Notes: a model not told the origin generated them from the sequence alone. A stretch of DNA of 64,000 bases from an uncultured Desulfovibrio sp. (GCA_900553065.1 USBZ01000004.1:762-64761); one strand, 5' to 3'; positions 10,327-21,997 are shown, counted from the first letter of the stretch. Made by a program: numbers and translations.

Positions 10327-11646
10327 TCAGGCTCCTTCGGCTTCGTTGCCGCTGGAGGCAAGGATGCGGAAGCAGGTCGCGGGCACCAGAAGGGTACCGT
10401 CCTCATGGAGGATCCGGCAGGCCTTCTTGATGGCGCATCCGGTCGTATCGTGCGTCATGAGCACAAGAGAGACACAGTCGTCTCTGGTGGCGGCCTTCTG
10501 GATGAGCTGGGCGAAGCTGATGTTTTCCTTGGCGAAAACCGTGGCTATGTCGCGCAGAACGCCGGGGGTGTCGCGCACGGTGGCGCGTACGTACCAGGGG
10601 CTTTCCGCCTCGTCGGAAGGAAGGATTTCGGCTTCGGGCAGGGTATGGACGAAACCGGTATTGGCTTCGGCGCTGTTGACTTCATCTCTGCGGGCGAGGG
10701 CCAGCAGATCGCCGAGCACAGCGCTGGCCGTGGGCCTGCTGCCCGCGCCGAGACCGTGCAGGAACAGGGAACCGACGGCATTGCCTTCAATGCGGACGGC
10801 ATTGTAGGCGCCGTTCACCCTTGCCAGCAGCATGGAGTGATGCACGAGCGCGGGAAACACACCGGCTTCGATCTTGCCGTTTTCATCGCGGGCCTGACCG
10901 ATGAGCTTGATGCGGTATCCGAATTCGCGGGCAAACTGAATGTCCAGAGGATTGAGGCCGCGGATGCCCTCGATGGAGAGCTTGGAAAAGTCGTAATGCA
11001 CGCCCCAGGCCAGACGGATGAGCAGCACGAGCTTGTGGGCCGCATCCTGACCGTCGATGTCCAGCGAAGGATCGGCTTCGGCGAATCCCAGCTCCTGCGC
11101 TTCCTTGAGCGCTGTGGGGAAATCGAAGCCGTGGTTGTTCATTTCGGAAAGGATGTAGTTGGACGTGCCGTTGAGAATGCCCATGATCGAGGTGATATGG
11201 TTGCCGGCAAGGCTGTCGCGCAGCGTCTGAATGACGGGAATGGCACCGGCGGAACTGGCTTCATAGCCGAGAGCCACGTTCTTTTCCGCGGCGAGAGCAA
11301 AGATTTCACGGCCGTATTCCGCGAGCAGGGCCTTGTTGGCCGTGACCACGGACTTGCCGTTCTGCATGGAGCGCATGATCAGATCTCTGGCCACGGTGGT
11401 TCCGCCCATGAGCTCGACCACCACCTGAATGTCGGGATCGTCGGCAAGAGAGAGGGCGTCGTCGGTGAGCATGATACCCTCGGGCAGATCGCGTTTTTTG
11501 GCGAGGTTGTGTACGGCCACCGTCTTGATCGTGATTTCACGGCCGGTCCTGCGCAGAATTTCGTCGTGATTCTTTTGCAGCATTTCCACAAGGCCGCTGC
11601 CGACCGTGCCGAGGCCGGCCAGACCGATGCAAAGGTTCTGAGACAT
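10327..11646 (-). CDS. hom: Homoserine dehydrogenase (with ACT domain)
   Basis: GLGTVGSG Rossmann motif, VVTANKA, GILNGTSNYIL, GFAEADP..DIDGQDAAHK and a C-terminal ACT-like DTPGVL. Confidence 0.96.
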   Translation of the reverse strand: MSQNLCIGLAGLGTVGSGLVEMLQKNHDEILRRTGREITIKTVAVHNLAKKRDLPEGIMLTDDALSLADDPDIQVVVELMGGTTVARDLIMRSMQNGKSVVTANKALLAEYGREIFALAAEKNVALGYEASSAGAIPVIQTLRDSLAGNHITSIMGILNGTSNYILSEMNNHGFDFPTALKEAQELGFAEADPSLDIDGQDAAHKLVLLIRLAWGVHYDFSKLSIEGIRGLNPLDIQFAREFGYRIKLIGQARDENGKIEAGVFPALVHHSMLLARVNGAYNAVRIEGNAVGSLFLHGLGAGSRPTASAVLGDLLALARRDEVNSAEANTGFVHTLPEAEILPSDEAESPWYVRATVRDTPGVLRDIATVFAKENISFAQLIQKAATRDDCVSLVLMTHDTTGCAIKKACRILHEDGTLLVPATCFRILASSGNEAEGA

Positions 11647-11772
11647 GCAAGCTCCAAAGGAGGGAAGAGGTTGAGAGTTTTTCCGGAAGAGGGACGTATC
11701 GCCCCGCCTTCCGGTTCCGGCGGAAGCGGCCTTCAGCCAGCCGTTCCCGCCGGTTAATTAAAAGGTAATGGA

Positions 11773-12948
11773 TCAGCCTTCCTGAAGCACCTTTTTGATG
11801 CCCTGAAGGGCCTGACGGGTACGCTTCTGGTTTTCGATGAGCGCAAAGCGCACGTATTCGTCGCCCATCTGACCGAAGCCTATACCGGGCTGTACGGCCA
11901 CATGGCCTTTCTGCAGGAGCAGTTTGGCAAACTCCATGGATCCCATGGCCCGGAAGGGTTCGGGAATGCGTCCCCAGGCGAACATGGTGGCTTTCGGCGG
12001 CGTGATGGGCCAGCCTATGCGGTTGAGACCGGTGCAGAGCACGTCGCGGCGCTTTCTGTATTCATCGCATATTTTTTCCACGGCGTCGCGGGGCGCGTTG
12101 AGTCCCACCGTGGCAGCAATCTGGATGGGCTGAAAGATGCCGTAATCGAGATAGCTTTTCAATCGGGTGAGAATGTGGACAAGATCCCTGTTGCCGAGGC
12201 AGAAGCCCATGCGCCATCCGGCCATTGAGTAGCCCTTGGTCATGGAGTAGAACTCCACGCCCACGTCTTCGGCGCCCTTGGCCTGAAGGAAACTCGGCGC
12301 CTTGTAGCCGTCGAAGCACAGATCGGCATAGGCCATGTCGTGGATGACCCACATTTTGTGTTCCTTGGCAAATTCCACGATGCGCTCGAAGAAGGCCAGA
12401 TCCACGACCTGGGTGGTGGGATTCTGCGGATAGCTGATGATGAGCAGCTTCGGTTTCGGCCAGGTCTGCTTGGTTGCGGTGAGCAGGTCTTCAAAGAAGT
12501 CGCGATCTTCCGCCACGGGAATGCGCCGCACGTCGGCTCCGCAGATGACGGGAGCGTACACGTGTATGGGATAGGTGGGATCCGGGGCGAAAACCACATC
12601 GCCGGGATTCAGCATGGCGAGGCAGAGGTGGGCGAGGCCTTCCTTGGAGCCTATGGTGGCAATGGCCTGCGTTTCGGGATCGAGATGGACGTCGAAGCGG
12701 CGGGCGTAAAGATCGCAGATGGCCTTGCGCAGATTGGGAATACCGCGGGATACGGAATAGCGGTGATTCACGGGTTTGCGGGCGGCTTCGCAGAGCTTGT
12801 CCACAATGAATCTGGGGGTCGGCAGATCGGGATTGCCCATGGAGAGGTCCACGATGTCGATGTTCTGCTGCCGAAGCTGCTTCTTGATGTCTCCCACTAC
12901 GGCGAAGGCATAGGGGGGAAGACGGTCTATCCTCGAAAATTCGGGCAT
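11773..12948 (-). CDS. PLP-dependent aminotransferase class I/II (AlaC / LL-DAP aminotransferase-like)
   Basis: [29 protein letters not shown] and [14 protein letters not shown] (PLP lysine). It lies upstream of hom. Confidence 0.9.
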   Translation of the reverse strand: MPEFSRIDRLPPYAFAVVGDIKKQLRQQNIDIVDLSMGNPDLPTPRFIVDKLCEAARKPVNHRYSVSRGIPNLRKAICDLYARRFDVHLDPETQAIATIGSKEGLAHLCLAMLNPGDVVFAPDPTYPIHVYAPVICGADVRRIPVAEDRDFFEDLLTATKQTWPKPKLLIISYPQNPTTQVVDLAFFERIVEFAKEHKMWVIHDMAYADLCFDGYKAPSFLQAKGAEDVGVEFYSMTKGYSMAGWRMGFCLGNRDLVHILTRLKSYLDYGIFQPIQIAATVGLNAPRDAVEKICDEYRKRRDVLCTGLNRIGWPITPPKATMFAWGRIPEPFRAMGSMEFAKLLLQKGHVAVQPGIGFGQMGDEYVRFALIENQKRTRQALQGIKKVLQEG

Positions 12949-13252
12949 ACTGTCCTCACAGTACGGGAGCCAGGCCGGGCCGCACATTTCCCCTGGCGCT
13001 GGCATGACGCTTCCGGGCTGCCTCGACGCAGTCTGAACTGCTGAGGATTACAGGTATGTCGGGCTGATGCGCGGCATACAGGGGGCGGCAGACGGGGGAC
13101 GATGCTGCCTGCGCGCTGGCATGACGCGGGGCGGCGGAGCCTGCCTTGATGATATTTCCCGTTTATAGTAGTACATCAAGGGAGTTGTAAAGAGGCCGGC
13201 ATGTGGGCTGCCCGGCTTTTCCTTTTTCTGCACCCAGGCCCGTGATGAACTG

Positions 13253-15526
13253 ATGGAACAGATGGATATGCTGGCCTCGGAGGGGCCCGACAAGGCGGAG
13301 GAATTTTCCGGCACGCTGGAGCGCGTGGTTTTCCATAACGAGGAAAACGGCTGGACGGTGTTCCGGCTGCGCGTGGAAGGACGGGAGGATCCGGTGGCCG
13401 TTGTAGGCACCATGTCTTCTCCCCAGCCCGGAGTGCGCCTGCGCGTGAAGGGGCACTGGATCAGTCATCCGAAGTTCGGCCGCCAGATACAGATGACCTC
13501 GTGGGAAGAGGAACTTCCCGCCACGGAAGAGGGCATCCGTCTTTTTCTTGCTTCCGGCTGCATCAAGGGCATAGGGCCGAAATGGGCCGACCGCATTGTG
13601 GCTCACTTCGGGGCGGATACCCTGGAAGTGATGGATCACGACCCTGACCGCATGCTGGAGCTTCCCCGCTTCGGAAAAAAAAGGCTGGAGGCCATGAAGG
13701 CGTCCTGGGCGGAGCATCAGGGAATTCGGGAACTTATGATTTTTCTGCAGCCGCACGGCGTGACGGCCGGTCTTTCGGTGCGCATCTATCGTCAGTACGG
13801 CGCGCAGGCTCTTGCCGTGGTGCGGGAAAATCCCTACCGGCTGGCCATGGACATACACGGCATAGGCTTCACCACAGCCGATGCGCTGGCCCGCAAGCTG
13901 GGCTTCGACGAGGCCAGTCCCCTGAGAGCCGAGGCCGGCGTGCTCTACATGCTCATGCGCCTTACCGAAGACGGGCATGTCTACTATCCGCGGGATCTTC
14001 TGGTGCAGGAGTCGGCGGACAAACTTTCCATTCCTGCCGACATGGCGGACGAGGCCATAGCGGAACTCGAGAGAGAGGAGCGCGTGGTCATCGAGGATCT
14101 CGGCGACCACGAAGGCGTCTACCTCACGCGAAACCATATTTACGAGTCCAAGATAGCCTTCTATATGCACAGGCTTCTGCATTCTCCGAAGTCCGTGCAT
14201 TTTTCCGAGCCGAAAAAGCTGGTGAAGAAGGTGCTCGAATCCATGCCCATGACGCTCGCCGAAGAGCAGAAGAAGGCCGTGTATACGGCGGCTTCGTCCA
14301 AGGTCATGGTGCTCACCGGCGGCCCCGGCACCGGCAAGACGACCATCCTGAACGCCATCATCCGCGTGTTTCAGGAAGTGAAGGCGCGCATTCTTCTGGC
14401 GGCGCCTACGGGGCGCGCGGCAAAGCGTATGTCCGAGGCGAGCGGGCTGGAGGCAAAAACCATTCATCGTCTGCTGGAGTACAGTCCGGCAGAGGACGGC
14501 TTCAACCGCAACGAGAACAATCCGCTGGCGTGCGGGCTGCTCGTGGTGGACGAAGCCTCCATGATGGATACCATGCTCATGTACCATCTGGTGAAGGCCG
14601 CGCCCGTGGGAGCCACCTTCATTCTTGTGGGCGACGTGAATCAGCTTCCCTCCGTCGGACCGGGCAATGTGCTGCGCGACGTCATCGCCTCCGGGGTGGT
14701 GCCCGTCGTGGAACTCATGGAAGTGTTCCGGCAGGCTGCGGAAAGCGACATCATCTGCAACGCGCATCTCATCAACAAGGGCCTTCTTCCGGAGCTGCAT
14801 CAGAGCGGCGGCCAGAAGACGGACTTTTATTTCTTCAAGCAGGATGATCCGGAAGCGGCGGCCGATCTCGTGGTGGATCTCGTGCGCGACAGGATTCCCC
14901 GCAAGTTCGGTTTCCGCTCCGAGGACATTCAGGTGCTTTCGCCCATGCTGCGGGGCGGAGTGGGCGTGAACAGCCTGAACCGCCGCATTCAGGATGCCGT
15001 GAATCCCCAGCGATCCTCCCTTGTGCGCGGCGAGCGTCAGTTCCGCCTGAACGACAAGGTCATGCAGGTGCGCAACAACTACGACAAGGATGTTTTCAAC
15101 GGCGATACCGGCACCATCATCTATCTGGATGTCGAGGAGCGCGAGCTGACCGTGCGCTTTGACGACCGCAACGTGAACTATCTCTGGGAAGAGATGGACG
15201 AGCTTGTTCCGGCTTATGCCATATCCATTCACAAGTCGCAGGGCGGAGAATACCCCGTGGTGGTCATTCCGCTCATGATGCAGCACTATATGCTTCTTCA
15301 GCGCAACCTCGTCTATACGGCTGTGACGCGCGGCAGAAAAATGGTAGTGCTGGTGGGCGAATGGCGGGCGCTTGCCACGGCGGTACGAAACAACCACATA
15401 CGCAGACGCTACACCTGGCTGGCCCACAGGCTGGCGGGGAGCGAAGGTACGGTGCACGCCGAAATGCTGCCCGAGAAGAGCGGTTCCGGCAGAACCCGTG
15501 CGGGAAAGGAAGGAAAATCGTCATGA
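13253..15526 (+). CDS. recD2: ATP-dependent RecD-like helicase RecD2
   Basis: N-terminal HhH region (IKGIGPK, IHGIGF), TGGPGTGKTT, VDEASM, VGDVNQLPSVGPG, AISIHKSQG and YTAVTR. Confidence 0.95.
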   Translation: MEQMDMLASEGPDKAEEFSGTLERVVFHNEENGWTVFRLRVEGREDPVAVVGTMSSPQPGVRLRVKGHWISHPKFGRQIQMTSWEEELPATEEGIRLFLASGCIKGIGPKWADRIVAHFGADTLEVMDHDPDRMLELPRFGKKRLEAMKASWAEHQGIRELMIFLQPHGVTAGLSVRIYRQYGAQALAVVRENPYRLAMDIHGIGFTTADALARKLGFDEASPLRAEAGVLYMLMRLTEDGHVYYPRDLLVQESADKLSIPADMADEAIAELEREERVVIEDLGDHEGVYLTRNHIYESKIAFYMHRLLHSPKSVHFSEPKKLVKKVLESMPMTLAEEQKKAVYTAASSKVMVLTGGPGTGKTTILNAIIRVFQEVKARILLAAPTGRAAKRMSEASGLEAKTIHRLLEYSPAEDGFNRNENNPLACGLLVVDEASMMDTMLMYHLVKAAPVGATFILVGDVNQLPSVGPGNVLRDVIASGVVPVVELMEVFRQAAESDIICNAHLINKGLLPELHQSGGQKTDFYFFKQDDPEAAADLVVDLVRDRIPRKFGFRSEDIQVLSPMLRGGVGVNSLNRRIQDAVNPQRSSLVRGERQFRLNDKVMQVRNNYDKDVFNGDTGTIIYLDVEERELTVRFDDRNVNYLWEEMDELVPAYAISIHKSQGGEYPVVVIPLMMQHYMLLQRNLVYTAVTRGRKMVVLVGEWRALATAVRNNHIRRRYTWLAHRLAGSEGTVHAEMLPEKSGSGRTRAGKEGKSS

Positions 15527-16908
15527 TGGATCATGCCGTGATGCGGAAGAAGGGACAGATGCGCTCCGGCGTGCAGGCCGTGCTGCTGGGGCTGGCGTTT
15601 TCCGGAGCCGTGCTGGCCTCCGGCTGCGCGCAGCAGCCGAAGATTCCCGAAGAGCAGAATGCCGCGGGAGAAGTGCAGGATATTGCCCGCATCCCTCAGA
15701 ATCTTGCGGTGTTTGCCTCCCGGGCCGGAGGAAGTGCGCTGCTTCGCTCTCCGGCGGCGGCCGAGGAGGACATGCAGGTCTTTCGCCGGAAGTTTTTTGC
15801 GCCCTGGGACTCGAGCAGAATATCCGCTTCCGTGCTGAGGGAGTTTACGGCCGTGCTCGACTGGCCTTCCGGCAAGCGCGGCTATGCGGAGAACCTGCGT
15901 CCGTGGACCGATGCGGCGTGGGAACGCATGCGGCACAACGCTGCTCTCGACGAGGTGTCCGGCCGTGGCAGGGCGGCCATACTTGTTCAGCATGCCGATC
16001 TGCGGCTGGCTCCCACGGTGAAGCCCCGCTTTGCCCGGGTGCAGGGAGCGGGGCAGGGCTGGCCGTTTGACGATTTTCAGCAGACCTCCGCGGCGGTAGG
16101 TACGCCGCTTATGGTATATCATGCCAGCCGTGACGGCGCATGGCTTCTGGTGCAGAGCCCTGCGGCCTGGGGCTGGGTGGCCGCCGACCGTGTGGCCTTT
16201 GTGGACGAATCCTTTGAAAAGATGTGGAAAAACGCTCCGCTGGGATCCGTGGTGAGGGAAGGCGTCTCTCTGACATCTTCCGGAGCTTTTCTTGCGCTGG
16301 CGGATATCGGCACGGTGCTTCCTTTCAGTGGATCGGATGTTCTGGTGCCGGTACGCGGTTCAGATTCCCGGGCAGGCATGACGCGCGTCAGTGTTTCGCC
16401 GGAAGCGGTGGTTTCCATGCCGCAGCCTCTGACCGCACAGGCCGTGGCGGCCGTGGGCGACCGCATGATGGGCGGAAATTACGGCTGGGGCGGCATGTAC
16501 GGCAACAGAGACTGTTCCGCCATGATGCGGGATCTGTTTGCGCCCTTCGGCATCTGGCTGCCCCGCAATTCCGCGGCGCAGGCCAGGGCCGGAAGTTTCC
16601 ATTCCTTTGAGAACATGTCTGCAGAAAAGAAGATGGAAGCCATTCTGCACGGCGCCGAGCCGTTCCGGACGCTGCTGTGGCTGCCCGGACATATCGGCCT
16701 TTATGTAGGAGAGTTTGAGGGCGAGCCGGTATTCTTCCACGACATCTGGGGTATCCGCAGCAGACTTCGCGACGGACGCGAGGGGCGCATCATTCTGGGC
16801 CGGGCGGTCATTACCGGCGTTCGCCCGGGAAGCGAGCGTCCCGATACCGACCCGAAGGGACAGCTCATCGAGCGCATGCGCGGCTATACCATCATCGGCG
16901 GACGATAA
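15523..16908 (+). CDS. NlpC/P60 family peptidoglycan endopeptidase lipoprotein with SH3 domains
   Basis: Lipobox LASGC and catalytic YGWGG...RDCSA...WLPRNS..Q...GHIGLY. The start is uncertain (15523-15559). Confidence 0.9.
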   Translation: MMDHAVMRKKGQMRSGVQAVLLGLAFSGAVLASGCAQQPKIPEEQNAAGEVQDIARIPQNLAVFASRAGGSALLRSPAAAEEDMQVFRRKFFAPWDSSRISASVLREFTAVLDWPSGKRGYAENLRPWTDAAWERMRHNAALDEVSGRGRAAILVQHADLRLAPTVKPRFARVQGAGQGWPFDDFQQTSAAVGTPLMVYHASRDGAWLLVQSPAAWGWVAADRVAFVDESFEKMWKNAPLGSVVREGVSLTSSGAFLALADIGTVLPFSGSDVLVPVRGSDSRAGMTRVSVSPEAVVSMPQPLTAQAVAAVGDRMMGGNYGWGGMYGNRDCSAMMRDLFAPFGIWLPRNSAAQARAGSFHSFENMSAEKKMEAILHGAEPFRTLLWLPGHIGLYVGEFEGEPVFFHDIWGIRSRLRDGREGRIILGRAVITGVRPGSERPDTDPKGQLIERMRGYTIIGGR

Positions 16909-16910
16909 TC

Positions 16911-18254
16911 ATGGAAAAGAACTTTACTTTTTATGCCGTTACCTACGGCTGCCGCGTGAATCAGTACGAAACGCAGGCCATACGCGAGTGGTGGCAGCGC
17001 CTCGGCGGCGTGGAAACCGATGATCCGGCCTCTGCCGATGTCGTGCTCGTGGACTCCTGCGCCGTGACGGCGGAAGCCGTGAGCGACGCCAGACAGATGA
17101 CGCGCAGGCTCGGCCGCATCAATCCCCATGCGCGTATTTTTGCCGCAGGCTGCGCGGCCTCGGCGGAACCGGCGGATTTCGCGCTGCCCGGCGTGGCGGC
17201 GGTCATTCCTCAGAGGGACAAGTTCGTCCTGCTCGGCGGGCATCCTCTGGAAATGACGGATTTTGCCGTGAACGAGGCGGAAAGACCTCGCTTTGCGCCC
17301 TTTTCCATATCGTGTTTCCGAAGGGCAAGACCCGTGGTCAAGGTGCAGGACGGCTGCTCGCAGGGCTGCGCCTACTGCATTATACCGCTGACGCGCGGCC
17401 CGGCACGCAGTCGTCCGGTGCAGGACATTCTGGCGGAAACGGAACGCCTGCTCAGGGCCGGATACCGCGAGATCATGATTTCCGGCGTGAATCTCCGTCA
17501 GTTCCATGCCGACGGCGGGGACGGCAGAAATTTCTGGTCGCTGCTTCGCCGCATGGATGCGGAATTTTCTCCGGAATGGCAGGGTAGGGCGCGCTTCAGA
17601 CTCAGTTCGCTGGAACCGGCGCAGGTGACGGATGACGAGGCGCTGGAAACGCTGGAAGGCTGCCGCATGGTATGCCCGCACCTTCATCTTTCCCTGCAGA
17701 GCGGAAGCATGGCCGTGCTTCGTCGCATGGGCCGTTCCCCCTATTCGCCGGAAAGCGTGGCCGGGGCCGTGGAAAAGATGCGTCGCTTCTGGCCCGTCAT
17801 GGGACTCGGCGCCGACATCCTCATGGGGTTCCCGGGGGAATCCGAGGCGGAAACGGAAGAAACGCTGCAGATGCTGCGGGTTCTGCCCATGACCTACGCT
17901 CATGTGTTTCCCTATTCCGTGCGCCCCGGAACGCGCGCGGCGGCATTGCCGGATCAGCTTCCGAAAAAGGTCCGTCAGGAGCATGCCGCCAGAGTGCGGG
18001 CGCTCATGGCCGAAAAGCATCGGGAATTTCTGCAGGCGCAGCTTGCTCAGCCCCTTATGAAGGTGGCCTTCGACAGTGCCGATGCCCGGCACGGCAACAA
18101 TGAATGGTATGCCGACTGCCGCATGGAAGACGACGGACAGGTTCGGCGCGATCATGAACTGGTCGACGTTGTCCCCGTGCGCGTGGAAGGAAATTTGATT
18201 ATGGTACGCCCCCTCGGGGAAGAACACCCCTCGAACCATCCAGCAGGAGAATGA
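16911..18254 (+). CDS. mtaB: Radical SAM methylthiotransferase, MtaB-like (tRNA t6A methylthiotransferase)
   Basis: TYGCRVNQYE, DSCAVT, VKVQDGCSQGCAYCIIP (CxxxCxxC) and HLHLSLQSGS. Confidence 0.85.
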   Translation: MEKNFTFYAVTYGCRVNQYETQAIREWWQRLGGVETDDPASADVVLVDSCAVTAEAVSDARQMTRRLGRINPHARIFAAGCAASAEPADFALPGVAAVIPQRDKFVLLGGHPLEMTDFAVNEAERPRFAPFSISCFRRARPVVKVQDGCSQGCAYCIIPLTRGPARSRPVQDILAETERLLRAGYREIMISGVNLRQFHADGGDGRNFWSLLRRMDAEFSPEWQGRARFRLSSLEPAQVTDDEALETLEGCRMVCPHLHLSLQSGSMAVLRRMGRSPYSPESVAGAVEKMRRFWPVMGLGADILMGFPGESEAETEETLQMLRVLPMTYAHVFPYSVRPGTRAAALPDQLPKKVRQEHAARVRALMAEKHREFLQAQLAQPLMKVAFDSADARHGNNEWYADCRMEDDGQVRRDHELVDVVPVRVEGNLIMVRPLGEEHPSNHPAGE

Positions 18255-18255
18255 T

Positions 18256-19134
18256 ATGCCGCTTCGCAGCATGACCGGCTTCGGCCGTTTTCAGAGGGAC
18301 GACGGCGACGTGGTCCAGACCTGGGAGATCCGCAGCGTCAACAGCCGTTTTCTGGACCTCAAGTGGAAGCTTCCGCCGCAGGCCCGCAACATGGAAGCCC
18401 GCTTTGAAAAGATCGTGCGTCGCTTTGCTTCCCGCGGCCGTGTGGAAATTTCCCTGAATCTGCAGCTTGAGAGCGCGGCACGGGTGAACTTCGACAGCGC
18501 GCAGGCCTCGGCCATGCTGGATGCCGTGAAGTCGTTCGCCTCTTCCCGGGGGGATATCTTCGAAGTGGACTACATGACGCTCATGCAGCTCTCTTCGCTC
18601 TGGACCTCCAGCGGGGAAGCGGACGACGATTCGCTCTTCGATCTGCTGGCGTCGGGGCTTGAAGGAGCGCTTGCCGACTGGAACGAATCCAGAGAAACGG
18701 AAGCCGGCGCGCTGGCCCGTGATCTGGAGATGCGTTTCGGGCGTATGGCGGAATGGATTTCCGCCATTGAGGAACGCGCCCCCGAGGTCAAGAAGGCCCG
18801 CTTTGAACAGGTGCGCGAGCGCCTTTCCGATATGCTGAACAATCTCGGTGCCGAGCTTGAGGAAGGCCGTTTTCTTCAGGAAATGGTCATCATGGCCGAC
18901 AAGCTGGACGTGACCGAGGAGCTGATCCGGCTGCACTCGCATCTTGTTCGTCTGGCTTCGCTCATGGAAAGCGGGGAGGATGCCGGACGCAAGCTGGACT
19001 TTACGCTTCAGGAAAGCTTTCGTGAGATCAATACCTGCGGCAACAAGATTCAGGACGCGCAGGTCTCGCGCATTGTCGTGGACTGCAAGAACGAGCTGGA
19101 GAAGTGCCGCGAGCAGGTGCAGAATCTGGAGTAG
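18256..19134 (+). CDS. yicC: YicC/YloC family endoribonuclease
   Basis: [41 protein letters not shown] and REQVQNLE. Confidence 0.93.
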   Translation: MPLRSMTGFGRFQRDDGDVVQTWEIRSVNSRFLDLKWKLPPQARNMEARFEKIVRRFASRGRVEISLNLQLESAARVNFDSAQASAMLDAVKSFASSRGDIFEVDYMTLMQLSSLWTSSGEADDDSLFDLLASGLEGALADWNESRETEAGALARDLEMRFGRMAEWISAIEERAPEVKKARFEQVRERLSDMLNNLGAELEEGRFLQEMVIMADKLDVTEELIRLHSHLVRLASLMESGEDAGRKLDFTLQESFREINTCGNKIQDAQVSRIVVDCKNELEKCREQVQNLE

Positions 19135-19136
19135 GC

Positions 19137-19424
19137 ATGGCAAGACAGCAGCTTGTCAACGTGGGATTCGGCAACTATGTTCTGGCCTCGCGCGTGGTGG
19201 CCATAGTGAACCCGCTGTCGTCTCCCATGCGGCGTCTGCGCGACGACGCCAGAGCCGAGGGACGCCTTGTGGATGTTTCCCAGGGGCGGAAAACACGCGC
19301 CATTCTGGTAACGGATTCCAACCATGTCATACTGTCCGCCATTTCCGCGGACACGCTGGGACAGCGTTTTGCTTCGCAGGGCGAGGCCGATGCTTCCGAC
19401 GATGAAGACGAGGATGATATATGA
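19137..19424 (+). CDS. remA: RemA / DUF370 family protein
   Basis: [10 protein letters not shown]...[15 protein letters not shown]...[20 protein letters not shown], in the conserved yicC-DUF370-gmk order. Confidence 0.88.
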   Translation: MARQQLVNVGFGNYVLASRVVAIVNPLSSPMRRLRDDARAEGRLVDVSQGRKTRAILVTDSNHVILSAISADTLGQRFASQGEADASDDEDEDDI

Positions 19425-20041
19425 TGATTGATTTCGGCCCGCGCCGCGGCCTTCCCTTTGTTATCTGCGCCCCTTCCGGCACAGGCAAGACGACGCTGGT
19501 GAGCCGTCTCACCGCGGAATTTCCGCTGGAATTTTCCATTTCCTGCACTACGCGGGCGCCCCGCGGCACGGAGAAGGACGGCGTGGATTACATTTTTCTT
19601 GACCGGGAAACGTTCGTGGAGCGCAGAAAGCAGGGCTATTTTGCCGAATGGGCGGAAGTGCACGGCAATTTCTACGGCACGCCTCTTCAGCCGGTGCGCG
19701 ACAGACTGGCGCTCGGCAAGGATATGCTGTTCGATATCGACGTGCAGGGCGCCGCGCAGCTTTCCCTTTCGCTGCCCGAGGCAAGATTCGTGTTCATTCT
19801 TCCGCCTTCGCTGGAGGAGCTTGAGCGGCGTCTGCGCGGACGCGGCACCGACAGTGAGGAAGCCATTCTGGTTCGCCTTTCCAATGCCCGTACGGAAATC
19901 ATGAGCAGTCACTGGTTCGACGCCGTCATCGTCAACGACGATCTCGAAAGCGCCTATGACCAGCTGCGTTCCTTCTATCTGGCCTCCACGCTGCAGCCCT
20001 CGCTCAAACCGCAGCTTGCAAGAAATATCTGCGGAGCGTAG
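19421..20041 (+). CDS. gmk: Guanylate kinase
   Basis: [38 protein letters not shown] and RGTDS. Confidence 0.96.
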   Translation: MMIDFGPRRGLPFVICAPSGTGKTTLVSRLTAEFPLEFSISCTTRAPRGTEKDGVDYIFLDRETFVERRKQGYFAEWAEVHGNFYGTPLQPVRDRLALGKDMLFDIDVQGAAQLSLSLPEARFVFILPPSLEELERRLRGRGTDSEEAILVRLSNARTEIMSSHWFDAVIVNDDLESAYDQLRSFYLASTLQPSLKPQLARNICGA

Positions 20042-20275
20042 TCTGAACGCTTCACCTTCTTTGTTGCGGCAAAGGCACGCTGCGGAAGAGGGAAAAGCGG
20101 GTTGAATCGAACGCTGTCGATACGGATATGGCGGGAAGAGTTCTGCCGTGCAGACCCGCCGTGTCCGGACAGCGTATTTTTTTCATGACATGCGGAAAGC
20201 CTGCGGTCTGTTCGCGACCGCAGGACGTTCCGAAAATATCTGCGGAAAAGGATTCCGCCGACAGGCCTTCAGAAT

Positions 20276-21997
20276 ATGAGCAAGAACTGGGTATTCCGTA
20301 CACGTCGGGATGAGGCTGCCTTTCCCGCTTCGTTTCACGACATGGCTGAGCGCTGCGGCATTTCTTCGCGGCTTGCCCAGCTGCTCTGGCTGCGCGGCAT
20401 CGACGACAGAGAGCAGCTCGCGGAATATCTTTCTCCCGGGCTTCGCTATCTTGCCAGGCCTTCGCTGTGGCCCGGCATAGAGAAGGCCGCGGATATTCTT
20501 GCCCGGGGGCTCAGGGAAGGCAGAAAGCTGGCCGTTTGGGGCGACTACGATGCCGACGGCGTGACCAGCACGGCGCTGGTGCTTCAGGTGCTGCGTCATT
20601 ACGGCTATGAGGCCATGTGGCATCTGCCCGACAGGCGTGAGGAAGGATACGGCATGAACGAGGCCGGGGTGGAGCGTCTGGCGGAGCAGGGCGTGACGCT
20701 TCTTCTGACCGTGGACTGCGGCATTTCCGATGTAGCGGCCATTGCGCGGGCCAGAGAGCTGGGTATGGAGGTGGTTGTTACCGATCATCACCTGCTGCCC
20801 GAAGAGCTTCCGGATGCGGCGGTTCTCTGCAATCCGAAGCTGGCGGACTGCCCCTGCGCTTCGCTTTCCGGCGTCGGCGTCACGTTCTTCCTTATGGCCG
20901 AGCTGAATGCCCGTCTTGCCGAGGGCGGTGCGCCTCGCTTCGACATGCGCCGTACGCTTGATCTTGTGGCGCTGGGAACGCTGGCGGATCTGGTGGAGCT
21001 GGAAGGGCAGAACCGCATTCTTGTGAAGAACGGTCTGCTTGTGATCGGCGAGGCGAAAAGGCCGGGCATTTCTGAACTCAAGGTGGTATGCGGCTTTGCG
21101 CCTCTGGCCTCGCTCGGAGCGGGGCAGGTGATCTTCAGCCTCGCGCCGCGCATCAATGCTGCGGGGCGCGTGGCTTCGGCGGAAACGGCGCTTGAACTTC
21201 TCTGCGCCGGAGATTGCGACACTGCGGCGGATCTGGCCCGTCGTCTGGACGGATATAATACCCAGCGCCGTCAGGAAGAGGAGCGCATCACGGAGGAGGC
21301 CATGCTTCAGGCTGAGGCCTCGCTGAACGATCCGGCGCTCGTCATTGCCGGAACGGACTGGAATCAGGGCGTGATCGGCATTGTGGCGTCACGTCTGGTG
21401 GAGAAGTACCACAAACCTACACTGGTGCTCTGTACCGATGGCGAAACGCTGAAAGGGTCGGGGCGTTCCATCAGCGGTTTCGATATGCACGACGGCCTTG
21501 CCCGCTGTGCCGGAGACCTGGAATCGTTCGGCGGACACCGCATGGCGGCAGGCGTGAGAGTCCGGCCGGAGCGCCTGGAGGCATTCCGCAGGCACTTTTT
21601 CGAGGTGGTCAGAGAGGTTCTGGGGCCAGATCCTGTTCCTGCCGTGCAGCTGATCGACGGCGAACTGGACTTCAAGGAAGCGTCGAACTTCATTTTTCTG
21701 AAGGAACTGGAAATGATGCAGCCTTTCGGCGTGGGAAATCCCGAACCCGTGTTCCAGTCGCCGCCGCTTCTTGTCAAAAGAAGACGTCTTTTCGGGCAGC
21801 AGAAAAATCATGTGCTTCTGGAACTGACGGACGAAAGCTGCAACATCACGCTTCAGGCCAAGGCATGGCGACAGGCGGAACAGTTTCCCGCCGATCTCGA
21901 AGGAAGGCGCATCCGACTGGCCTACAGTCCGGGCATCGACATGTACAACGGCGCCGCCAGCGTGGACGTGCGCATCAGAGACTGGAAGCTGGTCTGA
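20276..21997 (+). CDS. recJ: ssDNA-specific exonuclease RecJ
   Basis: GDYDADG, TVDCGI, TDHH, GTLADLV, APRINAAGR and GGHRMAAG. Confidence 0.96.
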   Translation: MSKNWVFRTRRDEAAFPASFHDMAERCGISSRLAQLLWLRGIDDREQLAEYLSPGLRYLARPSLWPGIEKAADILARGLREGRKLAVWGDYDADGVTSTALVLQVLRHYGYEAMWHLPDRREEGYGMNEAGVERLAEQGVTLLLTVDCGISDVAAIARARELGMEVVVTDHHLLPEELPDAAVLCNPKLADCPCASLSGVGVTFFLMAELNARLAEGGAPRFDMRRTLDLVALGTLADLVELEGQNRILVKNGLLVIGEAKRPGISELKVVCGFAPLASLGAGQVIFSLAPRINAAGRVASAETALELLCAGDCDTAADLARRLDGYNTQRRQEEERITEEAMLQAEASLNDPALVIAGTDWNQGVIGIVASRLVEKYHKPTLVLCTDGETLKGSGRSISGFDMHDGLARCAGDLESFGGHRMAAGVRVRPERLEAFRRHFFEVVREVLGPDPVPAVQLIDGELDFKEASNFIFLKELEMMQPFGVGNPEPVFQSPPLLVKRRRLFGQQKNHVLLELTDESCNITLQAKAWRQAEQFPADLEGRRIRLAYSPGIDMYNGAASVDVRIRDWKLV

